Assembly: GCA_026770705.1 (NCBI GenBank)
Contig: JANJGN010000059.1
Coordinates: forward strand, 2,170,001-2,234,000
Length of the DNA stretch: 64,000 nucleotides
Source of the DNA: Isurus oxyrinchus
Taxonomy: Eukaryota
Reading direction: 5' to 3'
Shown: positions 1 to 11,295 of the stretch, one piece after another
Position numbering within the stretch: the first letter of the stretch is position 1
Layout of the letters: each line of letters begins with the position of its first letter
The notes under the pieces: model-generated
Databases searched by the model: none
What the model was told of the DNA's origin: nothing
Seen by the model: only the letters and a program-made list of their open reading frames with translations
Program-made: the position numbers and the translations under genes

Positions 1-429
1 ATCTAAAAAGACATGTTTACTCACAGTCAAATAGGCACATGCACAAACAACCTAACCTTCAGCAATTTCCCTCGGCTGGGGCCTGTCTTGACCGCGCACA
101 CAAACACACACACAAACAGATATACAATAAATAATTAAGATAAATTATACACTCTAGCATAAATTGACATTTAGTTGCCAAGTGGGGCTTCATACCCTAT
201 GCAGAGGAATACAACTGTACGTGTTTCTTTTATTTGATATAATGACTGACCCACAGGGTATAATGTTCGATCTGACTTGTAAAAATTAACTTGACAGCCA
301 ACACACAGATGGGTAAATTTAGCGTTAATTGTGAATTGGTCATGATAACTAATATACAAGATTTAAAGTAAAGCTAATTCTTGTATTTGTCTTGAAAACA
401 TTACATGGGGAGAAAAAAATGGTACCTGA

Positions 430-1867
430 TAAGCAATGAAATCAGAAGTTTTCTGAACTATGAGGAGGATAGTATGTAATTTCAAAAGGACATGGACAAG
501 TTAGTGGAATGGGTAGGCACTTGGTAGATAAAGTTGAATGCAAATAGATGCGAAATGCTTCATTTTTGTAGTGAGAACATGAGGAGAAGCAACATAAAAT
601 GAAGGAGACATCTCTGAAGGGAGTATGAGCAAAAGGACAATTCATTAAAGGTGGCAGTATATTTTGAGTAATTAGTAACTAAAGCAAAGCTGTATTTATT
701 GTAAAATAGAGGATAAGTGCAAGGAAGTTAGTTCATTTGTACAAATCACTAGTTTGGAATCCAGTTGAAGTATTACATAGAGCTCTGGGCAAGGAATGTG
801 AAGTTACCCTGTAGAGGACAGATAAGCTTCACGAGAATGTTTCCAGGTTTGAGCTTGGAGAAGTTGAAGGGATTGATGTTGGGTCCCTTGCTGTTTGTGG
901 AATATATAAACGATTCAGAATTGAATGTAGGAGGGTTGATCAGTAAGTTTGCGAATAACACAAATATTGGTGGGGTGGTAAATAGTGACTAGAATAGCTG
1001 TAGATTAGAGAATATAGATGCGCTGGTCAGATGGGCTGATCAGTGTCAAATGGAATATAACCCAGATAAGTGTGAGTTGTTTCACTTGTGCAGGACAAGC
1101 AAGGCACGGGAATGCACAATGAATTGTAGCTGGGAAGTATTGAGGATCAGAGGGACATGGGTGTGCATCTCCACCGGTCCCTTAATATAGCGAGGCATGT
1201 TGATAAGGTGGTTAAGAAGATAAAAGGGATACTTGCCGATATTAGATGAGGCATAGAATAAAAGAGCAGGGAGCTTATGCTTGAACAATATAAAACACTG
1301 GCTAGTCCACAGCTAGAGTATTGCGTGCAGTTCTGGATTCCTCAATTTGGGAAGGATGTGATTCCACTAGACAGAGTGCAGAGGGGATTTACCAGAAGTT
1401 GCCTGGGCTGGAGACCTTTAGTTATGAAGAGAGATTAGATAGATTGTTTTTTTTTCCCCTGGAGGAGAGGACATTGAAGGGGGAAATGACTGTTGTGTAT
1501 ATAATTATGAGGTGCATAGATGGGGTAGACAGGAAGGACTTTATCCCCCTTGGTGGAGGGATCCATAACCAGTGGGCATAGCTTTAAGGTAAGGTGCAGG
1601 AAGGTTTAGAGGGGATGTGAGGAAGAATTTTTTCACCAAGGGGGTTGTGGGAATCTGGAACTCACTGCCTGAAACTGTGGTGGAGACAGAAACACTCATA
1701 TCATTTAAGAAGTGTTTGGATATGCACTTGCGATGCCATGGCACACAAGGTGATGGGACCAGTGCTGGAAAGTGGGATTAGAATAGTTAGGTACTTGTTT
1801 GACTGGCACAGATCCGATGGACTGGAAAGGGTTATTTTCTGTGGTGAAGACCCCTATGACTCTATGA
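430..1867 (+). mobile_element. Decayed CR1 LINE ORF2/3' end fragments
   Basis: RT C-terminal peptides (LGPLLFVEYINDSE, ISKFANN ~ [23 protein letters not shown]) and 3' microsatellite tail 'ctatgactctatga' at ~1854-1867. Confidence 0.88.
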
Positions 1868-1869
1868 GT

Positions 1870-2391
1870 GTAAGTTAGGATTGTTGTCCTTGAAGAAGGG
1901 AAAGCTGAGAGGATATTTGATATGGCTATTTAGAATCATGAGTAATCCTTATTAAACAAGGGGAAATGGTGCCTTTTCGTGAAAGCACTCAGGGTCAGGA
2001 AGCTCAGTACTAAAAAAAAAAACTGCGGATGCTGGAAATCCAAAACAAAAACAGAATTACCTGGAAAAACTCAGCGGGTCTGGCAGCATCGACCCTTCAA
2101 CAGAACACAGTATTAAGGTCATCAAGAAAAGAAACACTGATAACATTAAATATTATGTTTTCTCACAGCGAGTGGTTTGAATCTGTAAAACAGTGACTGA
2201 GAGCTGGTGGAGGCAGGTTGAAATGAAGCATTCATTCGGGAATTAGACTGTTATCTGAAAATGAAGAAAGTGCAGGTTACGGGGAGAAGGCTGGAGAATA
2301 GAATTTGGTGAGTTGCTCATTGAGAGAGTCAGTGCAGACAAAATGGGCCAAATGGCCGCCTTCAACTTGGTAACAGTACTGTGATTCTGTT
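1870..2391 (+). mobile_element. Old CR1-type 3' end fragment
   Basis: 'aagctgagaggatatttga', 'ttctcacagcgagtggtt', tail 'ctgtgattctgt'; uninterrupted copy at ~52245-52650. Confidence 0.7.
2012..2107 (-). mobile_element. Short Penelope pLTR-derived insertion (internally deleted)
   Basis: Reverse complement of the pLTR tail (gcggatgctggaaatccaaaacaaaaacagaattacctgg); flanked by cagtact/cagtatt; absent from the paralogous site at 52371. Confidence 0.88.
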
Positions 2392-2610
2392 ACTTAACTT
2401 GATCCTTCCTTTTCCCTGTGTCCCTCCTATTTCAATCTCTGAATTTCTGCCTTTCGGTTCCAGCTTTAATTAGAATCAGTGAGAAAAAGTTACACTGGCG
2501 TAATTCCCAGTGCCGCCCGGCTTTAAGGATCATTGACCAACCTCCAGCCAGGGTCGCGCGTCATGACGTCACAACGGAGGGTAGGTGGTGACCCTTCCCG
2601 AATCTTTCGA

Positions 2611-2725
2611 TTCTCCCCGTAACCTGCACTTTCTTCATTTTCAGATAACAGTCTAATTCTCGAATGAATGCTTCATTTCAACCTGCCTCCACCAGCTCTC
2701 AGTCACTGTTTTATAGATTCAAACC
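2611..2725 (-). repeat. Templated inverted copy of 2173-2288 flanked by 9-bp direct repeat atctttcga
   Basis: Near-exact reverse complement of 2173-2288; atctttcga at 2602-2610 and 2726-2734; absent from the paralog at ~52865. Confidence 0.9.
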
Positions 2726-2780
2726 ATCTTTCGAAAGAATAGGACCAGAGTTCAATTGGCCAATGATCTGCGAGCAACTC

Positions 2781-4320
2781 CCGGTAGAGCGATCGTCTCA
2801 GCTTGCTCCTGCCCCACAGAACTCATTTCTCGTTATCTTGACTCCCTTCTCTCTCCCCTTGTCCAGTCCCTTCCCACCTACATCCGTGATTCCTCTGACA
2901 CCTTACGTCACATCAACAATTTCCAGTTCCCTGGCCCCAACCGCTTCCTCTTCACCATGGACGTCCAATCCCTCTACACCTCCATCCCCCACCAGGATGG
3001 TCTGAGGGCCCTTAGCTTCTTCCTCGAACAGAGGCCCGAACAATCCCCATCTACCACTACTCTCCTCCGTCTGGCTGAACTTGTTCTCACGCTGAACAAT
3101 TTCTCCTTCAACTCCTCTCACTTCCTCCAAATAAAAGGTGTGGCTATGGGTACCCGCATGGGCCCCAGCTATGCCTGTCTCTTTGTGGGGTATGTGGAAC
3201 ATTCCTTGTTGCAGTCCTACTCCGGCCCCCTTCCACAACTCTTTCTCCGGTACATCGATGATTACTTCGGTGCCGCTTCATGCTCTCGTCGGGACTTGGA
3301 AAAATTTATTAATTTTGCTTCCAATCTCCACCCCTCCATCATTTTCACGTGGTCCATCTCTGACACTTCCCTTCCCTTCCTTGACCTCTCTGTCTCAATC
3401 TCTGGTGATAGACTGTCCACCAATATCCATTACAAACCCACCGACTCCCACAGCTACCTCGACTACAGCTCCTCACACCCCGCTTCCTGTAAGGACTCCA
3501 TCCCATTCTCCCAGTTCCTTCGCCTTCGTCGCATCTGTTCCGATGATGCTACCTTCAAAAACGGTTCCTCTGACATGTCCTCCTTCTTCCTTAACCGAGG
3601 TTTTCCACCGACGGTCGTTGACAGGGCCCTCAACCGTGTCCGGCCCATCTCCCGTGCATCTGCCCTCACACCTTCTCCTCCCTCCCAGAAACATGATAGG
3701 GTCCCCCTTGTCCTCACTTATCACCCCACCAGCCTCCGCATTCAAAGGATCATCCTCCGCCATTTCCGCCAACTCCAGCATGATGCCACCACCAAACACA
3801 TCTTCCCTTCACCCCCCTTATCGGCATTCCATAGGGATCGCTCCCTCCGGGACACCCTGGTCCACTCCTCCATCACCCCCTACTCCTCAACCCCCTCCTA
3901 TGGCACCATCCCATGCCCACGCAAAAGATGTAACACCTGCCCCTTCACTTCCTCTCTCCTCACCGTCCAAGGGCCCAAACACTCCTTTCAAGTGAAGCAG
4001 CATTTCACTTGCATTTCCCCCAACTTAGTCTACTGCATTCGTTGCTCCCAATGTGGTCTCCTCTACATTGGAGAGACCAAACGTAAACTGGGCGACCGCT
4101 TTGCAGAACACCTGCGGTCTGTCTGCAAGAATGACCCAAACCTCCCTGTCGCTTGCCATTTTAACACTCCACCCTGCTCTCTTGCCCACATGTCTGTCCT
4201 TGGCTTACTGCATTGTTCCAGTGAAGACAACGCAAACTGGAGGAACAACACCTCATCTTCCGACTAGGCACCTTACAGCCTTCCGGTCTGAATATTGAAT
4301 TCAACAACTTTAGGTCGTGA
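2781..4320 (+). pseudogene. PLE RT/GIY-YIG ORF, 5'-truncated copy 1
   Basis: ORF 2756..4267 (first ~8 codons are flank); 1-bp deletion near 4228 shifts RKLEEQHLIFRLGTLQPSGLNIEFNNFRS* out of frame. Confidence 0.92.
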
Positions 4321-4711
4321 GCTCCCTCCCCCATCCCCACCCCCTTTCTGTTTCCCCTTTTTCCCTTTTTTTTTCCCTATAAATTATATAGATTTTTCTT
4401 TTCCCACCTATTTCCATTATTTTTAAATATTTTAAAATCTTTTATGCTCCCCCCACCCCCACTAGAGCTGTACCTTGAGTGCCCTACCATCCATTCTTAA
4501 TTAGCACATTCGTTTAGATAATATCACCAACTTCAACTTTAACACCTATGTGTTCTTTTGTACCATTGTCGCTGACATCTTTTGATGATCTGCTTCTATC
4601 ACTGCTTGTTTGTCTACACAACCACCTCTCTCTCTCTCTCTATCTCTCCGCCCCCCCACACACACACCTTAAACCAGCTTATATTTCAACTCTTTCTTGG
4701 ACTCGAAATCA

Positions 4712-4750
4712 AGTTCTGTCGAAGGGTCATGAGGACTCGAAATGTCAACT
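4712..4750 (+). ncRNA. Minimal type I hammerhead-like motif in pLTR (CUGUCGA variant core)
   Basis: AGTT-CTGTCGA-A-GGGTC/atgag/GACTC-GAAA-TGTC-AACT: stem I, stem II, GAAA and GUC in hammerhead order. Confidence 0.75.
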
Positions 4751-4885
4751 CTTTTCTTCTCCGCCGATGCTGCCAGACCTGCTGAGTTTTTCCAGGTAAT
4801 TCTGTTTTTGTTTTGGATTTCCAGCATCCGCAGTTTTCTTTGTTTTTATCTCTGTGTTTAATTGACTGCCACTGCTCTTCAAGAA

Positions 4886-7640
4886 ATGCCTACCTCCTTG
4901 AAGAAGTTCTGTTCCTCTCTGCGACAAGACTTCCGTATCTCTCTGTTGCCTTGTTCACCTTCTTTGCTTTCCATTTTCCTCCTGGTGTTTGACAAGGTGT
5001 TTACTAAAACCCGCTTTCACAGCCATATCTCCTTTCTCAGTGACTGTCTCCGTCTCCGACTTACCCCACGTGGATTTCAACTGAAATTCCACCCCTCATC
5101 TTTCGAACCCACCCAGGATTACCGGTATCTCCGGGACATAAAACGTTTCTCAGACTGCTGTTCCCGTCACATTCTGAAATCCACACTCAGTGCCATGCGC
5201 CGCCATATGAACACACTCGACCTCTCCCTCCAGCAGCACCGCCGTACCCTTTTTCAAAGCTGCACATGCCCCCAGTTTCATTTTATCCTTTGGCTCATCC
5301 GACGCCTCAACAAGAAAGTTTTTCTCTTTCTCTCAAGTGCTAAGGAACGCAAGCTCCAACAACTCATTGACACCAACACCCATCTAGGACCCTCCACCCC
5401 AGCCTGTCCCTCCGTCCCCACCCCATCTTCCAATCCCAGCCCCAGCCGGGTATTCACTATACCCCCTGACCTTCCCCTCTCCGATGCTGAACGTTCAGTG
5501 CTCAGCAAAGGACTTAGTTTCATACCCTTACGCCCTCACCTCAATGAATTTCGGGCTCGGCATGATACTGAACTCCTCTTTCGCCGTCTTCGTCTCCGGG
5601 CTCACTTCTTTGGGCAGGAGTCCTCTCCCAGTTCAATGGATCCTTTTACCCATCTCCAATATTCTCCCTCCACCTGGACCCCTCCCTCTGGATTCTTACC
5701 TTCTCTTGATCTTTTCATTGAGAACTGTCGGCGCGACATTAGTCGTCTCAATTTCTCTGCTCCTCTCACCCATTCTAACCTGTCTCTCTCTGAACTTACT
5801 GCACTCCATTCTCTCAGGTCCAACCCTGACATTGTCATCAAACCCACTGACAAGGGTGGTGCTGTTGTTGTCGGGCGCACTGACCTCTACATCGCGGAGG
5901 CTGAGCGTCAACTCGCAGACACTTCCTCCTACCTCTCCCTGGACCATGACCCCACCACTGAACATCAAGCCATTGTTTCCAGGACTGTCACTGACCTCAT
6001 CTCCTCTGGGGATCTCCCTCCCACAGCTTCCAACCTGATAGTCGCCCAACCTCGGTCGGCCCGCTTCTATCTCCTACCCAAAATCCACAAACAGAACTGC
6101 CCCGGTAGACCGATCGTCTCAGCTTGCTCCTGCCCCACAGAACTCATTTCTCGTTATCTTGACTCCCTTCTCTCTCCCCTTGTCCAGTCCCTTCCCACCT
6201 ACATCCGTGATTCCTCTGACACCTTACGTCACATCAACAATTTCCAGTTCCCTGCTCCAACCGCTTCCTCTTCACCATGGACGTCCAATCTCTCTACACC
6301 TCCATCCCCCACCAGGATGGTCTGAGGGCCCTTAGCTTCTTCCTCGAACAGAGGCCCGAACAATCACCATCCCCCACTACTCTCCTCCGTCTGGCTGAAC
6401 TTGTTCTCACGTTGTACAATTTCTCCTTCAACTCCTCTCACTTTCTCCAAATAAAAGGTGTGGCTATGGGTACCCGCATGGGCCCCAGCTATGCCTGTCT
6501 CTTTATGGGGTATGTGGAACATTCCTTGTTGCAGTCCTACTCCGGCCCCCTTCCACAACTTTTTCTCCGGTACATCGATGATTACTTCGGTGCCGCTTCA
6601 TGCTCTCGTCGGGACTTGGAAAAATGTATTAATTTTGCTTCCAATCTCCACCCCTCCATCATTTTCACGTGGTCCATCTCTGACACTTCCCTTCCCTTCC
6701 TTGACCTCTCTGTCTCAATTTCTGGTGATAGACTGTCCACCAATATGCATTACAAACCCACCGACTCCCACAGCTACCTCGACTACAGCTCCTCACACCC
6801 CGCTTCCTGTAAGGACTCCATCCCATTCTCCCAGTTCCTTCGCCTTCGTCGCATCTGTTCCGATGATGCTACCTTCAAAAACGGTTCCTCTGACATGTCC
6901 TCCTTCTTCCTTAACCGAGGTTTTCCACCCACGGTCGTTGACAGGGCCCTCAACCGTGTCCGGCCCATCTCCCGTGCATCTGCCCTCACACCTTCTCCTC
7001 CCTCCCAGAAACATGATAGGGTCCCCCTTGTCCTCACTTATCACCCCACCAGCCTCCGCATTCAAAGGATCATCCTCCGCCATTTCCGCCAACTCCAGCA
7101 TGATGCCACCACCAAACACAACTTCCCTTCACCCCCCTTATCGGCATTCCATAGGGATCGCTCCCTCCGGGACACCCTGGTCCACTCCTCCATCACCCCC
7201 TACTCCTCAACCCCCTCCTATGGCACCATCCCATGCCCACGCAAAAGATGTAACACCTGCCCCTTCACTTCCTCTTTCCTCACCGTCCAAGGGCCCAAAC
7301 ACTCCTTTCAAGTGAAGCAGCATTTCACTTGCATTTCCCCCAACTTAGTCTACTGCATTCGTTGCTCCCAATGTGGTCTCCTCTACATTGGAGAGACCAA
7401 ACGTAAACTGGGCGACCGCTTTGCAGAACACCTGCGGTCTGTCTGCAAGAATGACCCAAACCTCCCTGTCGCTTGCCATTTTAACACTCCACCCTGCTCT
7501 CTTGCCCACATGTCTGTCCTTGGCTTACTGCATTGTTCCAGTGAAGACAACGCAAACTGGAGGAACAACACCTCATCTTCCGACTAGGCACCTTACAGCC
7601 TTCCGGTCTGAATATTGAATTCAACAACTTTAGGTCGTGA
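4886..7640 (+). pseudogene. PLE RT/GIY-YIG ORF, full-length copy 2 with two frameshifts
   Basis: ORFs 4862..6325 and 6277..7587 join across a 1-bp deletion near 6254 (cctgctcc vs cctggcccc in copy 1); second frameshift near 7548 shared with copy 1; first ATG at 4886. Confidence 0.92.
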
Positions 7641-8029
7641 GCTCCCTCCCCCATCCCCACCCCCTTTCTGTTTCCCCTTTTTCCCTTTTTTTTTCCCTAT
7701 AAATTATATAGATTTTTCTTTTCCCACCTATTTCCATTATTTTTAAATATTTTAAAATCTTTTATGCTCCCCCCACCCCCACTAGAGCTGTACCTTGAGT
7801 GCCCTACCATCCATTCTTAATTAGCACATTCGTTTAGATAATATCACCAACTTTAACTTTAACACCTATGTGTTCTATTGTACCATTGTCGCTGACATCT
7901 TTTGATGATCTGCTTCTATCACTGCTTGTTTGTCTACACAACCACCTCTCTCTCTCTCTATCTCTCCGCCCCCCCACACACACACCTTAAACCAGCTTAT
8001 ATTTCAACTCTTTCTTGGACTCGAAATCA

Positions 8030-8068
8030 AGTTCTGTCGAAGGGTCATGAGGACTCGAAACATCAACT
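8030..8068 (+). ncRNA. Minimal hammerhead-like motif in terminal pLTR
   Basis: Same motif with GAAA-CATC (CpG-decayed CGTC). Confidence 0.72.
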
Positions 8069-8294
8069 CTTTTCTTCTCCGCCGATGCTGCCAGACCTGC
8101 TGAGTTTTTCCAGGTAATTCTGTTTTTGTTTTGGATTTCCAGCATCCGCAATTTTCTTTGTTTTTATGGCCTATTTATGTTCCCTGGCATGAGCACTCCT
8201 ACAGGTTTGCAGAACTTGTTGATTCTAGTAAGGCTTTGACATGACTGAATTAGCCATTATTCTTTGCATTCTGATCCAACAGTGCTGTACTTTT

Positions 8295-8461
8295 CATTCC
8301 TTTTGTGGGATGTTAACGTCACTAGCTGGACCAACATTTATTGCACGTCGCTAATGTCTTTGAGAAGGTTGTGGTGAGCTGTTTTATTGAAGCGTTGCAG
8401 TCCCTGTGATGTAGGTAAACACACAGTGCTGTTCGGGAGAGTGTTGCAGCATTTTGACCCA
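8295..8461 (-). mobile_element. LINE (CR1-like) 3' end fragment truncated by the LTR element
   Basis: 'gtgggatgt..gtcactagctggaccaacatttattgc..ttgagaaggttgtggtgagctg' resembles a common shark LINE 3' end; recognised by eye. Confidence 0.55.
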
Positions 8462-9326
8462 TGTTATGACCTGGAAGGTGATGTGCGCCATGTGGGCTAG
8501 AACACCCGGGGAACTTGGTTGCTCCGTCAAAACTTGTTTGCAGTTTATTTATTATGAGTAAGTGTGTACACTCATTTCAGAACTAATAAGCCCACCAAGA
8601 TCATTAGAGATTTTTAAAAATGAAATTAAAGTATCTATTAACAACATTAATGATTTCAAACACATACATGAGGCTACAATTACTATTATAATAACCCCTA
8701 GCAGTTCTAATTAAATTGACCGCCAGTTACACCCCCTTTAAGGCAACAGTAAAAAATAGGTTTTAGTGTAAAAACAGAACCAGCAAGTTAACAAAATACC
8801 AACTTAACAGTGGAATTCCAAAGCTGCTTTTCCCCAACTTCAGCATCGTTACATAGCAGCCTTATGAACAAATGTCTGGCGGATTCATTATGGCTATTTG
8901 ACAAACTCCAGACAGCTCTCACATGCCTTTCTTAAATATCCTTTGTACATGTTTCTCTCTTTTTGATATGCAAATCCTAATGTTCCATTTTTCTTTGAAA
9001 CTGTACCTTCCTCAAAATAAGAAAACAACAATCATGCTGCCAACATTGTCAGGAAACTTTGGGAAAAATAAACATCCTCCATAGCCTTGCTTAGCTGTGC
9101 AGTTGTGAACAGACTGAGATCCATTTGAAATTCAATAAACCCTTTGCACATTCTATGCTAAGCCAGAATCCATGTTTACTCAATAACAGGTCAAGCGCCT
9201 CGCTTCATTTGATGCCTTGCTTGCATTTTACCTGACACCAAATATAATTAAGTCACGCATACAGACACAACTCTACCTGCCAAAATAAACCAGATAAATT
9301 TCATGAAAATTCTTAACCCTTCATCA
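8462..9326 (-). repeat. 3' LTR of the Gypsy element
   Basis: Bounded by TG (8462) and CA (9325-9326); a polypurine tract (minus: aagggtggaggag, 9327-9339) abuts it on the pol side. Confidence 0.65.
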
Positions 9327-11029
9327 CTCCTCCACCCTTATGGTAAAAGCGAACTTCATACTGTAAAAAGGAACTTTTCCTTTTCTGAACCCATCTTACA
9401 CTACCTACAATACTTATCTAGTTATCCAAATTATTCTATTGTCTAGATTTTATATGTCCATTTTTGCTTTTAGTTTAAGCTCTCGAGAATGGGCCTCGAA
9501 TTAAATTTCCTTAAGCAGCCGCATGACTAATCTGTAAATCAAATGGTTGCATTAAAAAAACTACAGCATTTGAACAGCATTGCAATTTGGTCTCAAAAAC
9601 TATCAGAAATTTTAATGATTGTGGCCTGTATAAACAATTGTCTCTGATGAATTGTTTGCATCATTAAGCTCGATGTACTGCAACACTAACACCAGACCCA
9701 ATTTCTCCTTTTAGATCATTGAATACGTTGTTGTACATCCAATTTCAGTGAAAATAACCTGTCGGTTTCTCAATTCCAGTTTCATCTTCTTGACACAGTA
9801 CAGCCCTGATGAGCACATCTTTTGCGTCAACGGCCAACTTCAATTGTTTGGAAAATGGAATACTGCCAAAACTGTTTGCATAGACAACAGAGGTTTTTGT
9901 TATTTTCGAAAATGACCAACGACTTCTGGCACTTCTCTGTGCATTGAACATTCTTGTTCTTTATTTAATAGTTCAGTCCGTGGAGTAACCGAACTGCTGA
10001 AATTTGGTACACATTTCCCATAAAATTCAGTCATGACCAGCAATCTCAAAACTTCTCGTTTTGTTGTAGGGAAGGGGAACTGCATGATGGCTTTCACTTT
10101 CAAATATCTTGGAGTCACTTTACCATGCCTGACACCACAGGCTGGAAATGCAACTTGCACTTTTTCAAACTCACATTTAGCAAAGTGCATCGCCAAATTA
10201 GCTTCTTGCAGATGATTTAATAATTCTTCGTGATAATGTTAATTTTTGTTCCACATTTAACTGAAAACTATCAAGTCATCAATATAAACAGCCCAATTGA
10301 TCAGTCCTGAAATTGCATTGTTTTTCACTGCTTGAAATTTTAGAGGTACATTTTTCAGACAAAACGGCATGACTGAAATGGATAAAATACATCTGGCATT
10401 ACAAAATATGATATCTCTTTAGCACACTCTGATAATGGCAATTGCTAATATCCTCTCCCAGCAATTCAATCTTTGGTATAAATTTCAGATTTTACCACTT
10501 TCTTTGCGCAATCATCCAACAGTGGTATAGGATATGAATCTGTGTTTGACATTGCATTCACCTTTCCAGAGTCCACAAACACATTTTGTGTTCCTCCACT
10601 TTCAGTTCCATCACAACAGTCAAAGTCCAGTCAGTGCAACTAAACCTAACGGTGTAATTTTTAAGGATGAAGTAGATTTCCTTCTGCGCTTGTGATAACT
10701 TTGATACACTTGATTGATAAAGATCTTCCATTTTGAAAATGAATCTCCGACACTTACAACAGTTGTTGCTAAAGTCGATCTCCCCAGCTTATTCTCACAA
10801 GCAGTTCTGTGTGACTGCAATAGCTTCTTAAAACCATTTCACAATTGTCTGGAAGTTAACTCAATGTTACATTTAAAACTTTAAGTACTCTTTCATTATC
10901 CAGTTTGATTAGAGGAAATTGAACTTCAGAGTCCCTCATTTTTCCAGCACGAATACCTCAATTTGGCCCTCTTCCTGCCAAAGCACTGTTTTAAGCATAT
11001 TTACATGATTAATCTTTTAGAACCCTCCC

Positions 11030-11295
11030 GAGAACAAAAAGTGGAATTCAGTACTTGTTGGTTGTAATGGATGTGTCCAAATATTTCCAGATGCAATAAC
11101 TTTGCTAAATATTACAAGGTGCGTTGCAGATGAGTTGACTAAATCTTTTACATGATATGGTTTACCAAAATAAATAATATCATATCTGAGTTGAAATTTC
11201 ACGTCACCGCTGCTTAATTAAGTAATAAATAGTTTAGGAACAAAGCAGTTTAAATCAACAGTTTATCATCCTGAATCACAAGGGGCTTTGGAAAT
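11030..11295 (+). mobile_element. Inverted integrase-core fragment inside the Gypsy relic
   Basis: Plus strand reads KSGIQYLLVVMDVSKYF...KQFKSTVYHPESQGALE, a diverged inverted counterpart of ~11550-11815. Confidence 0.8.

Larger units (their letters stand above)
1..2780 (+). repeat. Segmental duplicate of 50147-52916 (3' flank of a GPCR locus); also inverted-homologous to ~37944-38800
   Basis: Collinear matches, e.g. 5-80 'aaaaagacatgtttactcaca...cttcagcaatttccctcggctgggg' vs 50151-50227 and 2756-2780 'ttggccaatgatctgcgagcaactc' vs 52892-52916; same nested CR1 fragments in the same order. Confidence 0.92.
2776..8167 (+). mobile_element. Penelope-like retroelement (Neptune-type), partial tandem: 5'-truncated copy + full-length copy
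   Basis: Two near-identical copies offset by 3320 bp; PLE RT (GVAMGTRMGPSYA, RYIDD), Cys-rich linker CPRKRCNTC and GIY-YIG (NLVYCIRC..LLYIGET..R..EH); the 3' end of copy 1 forms the upstream pLTR of copy 2. Confidence 0.97.

Noticed and set aside
3138-3995. 285-aa overlapping Pro/Ser-rich ORF in the PLE (also 6458-7315, 5484-6038 and antisense ORFs)
   Set aside because: Expected from the C-rich strand bias; conservation only reflects near-identical copies; no domain recognised.
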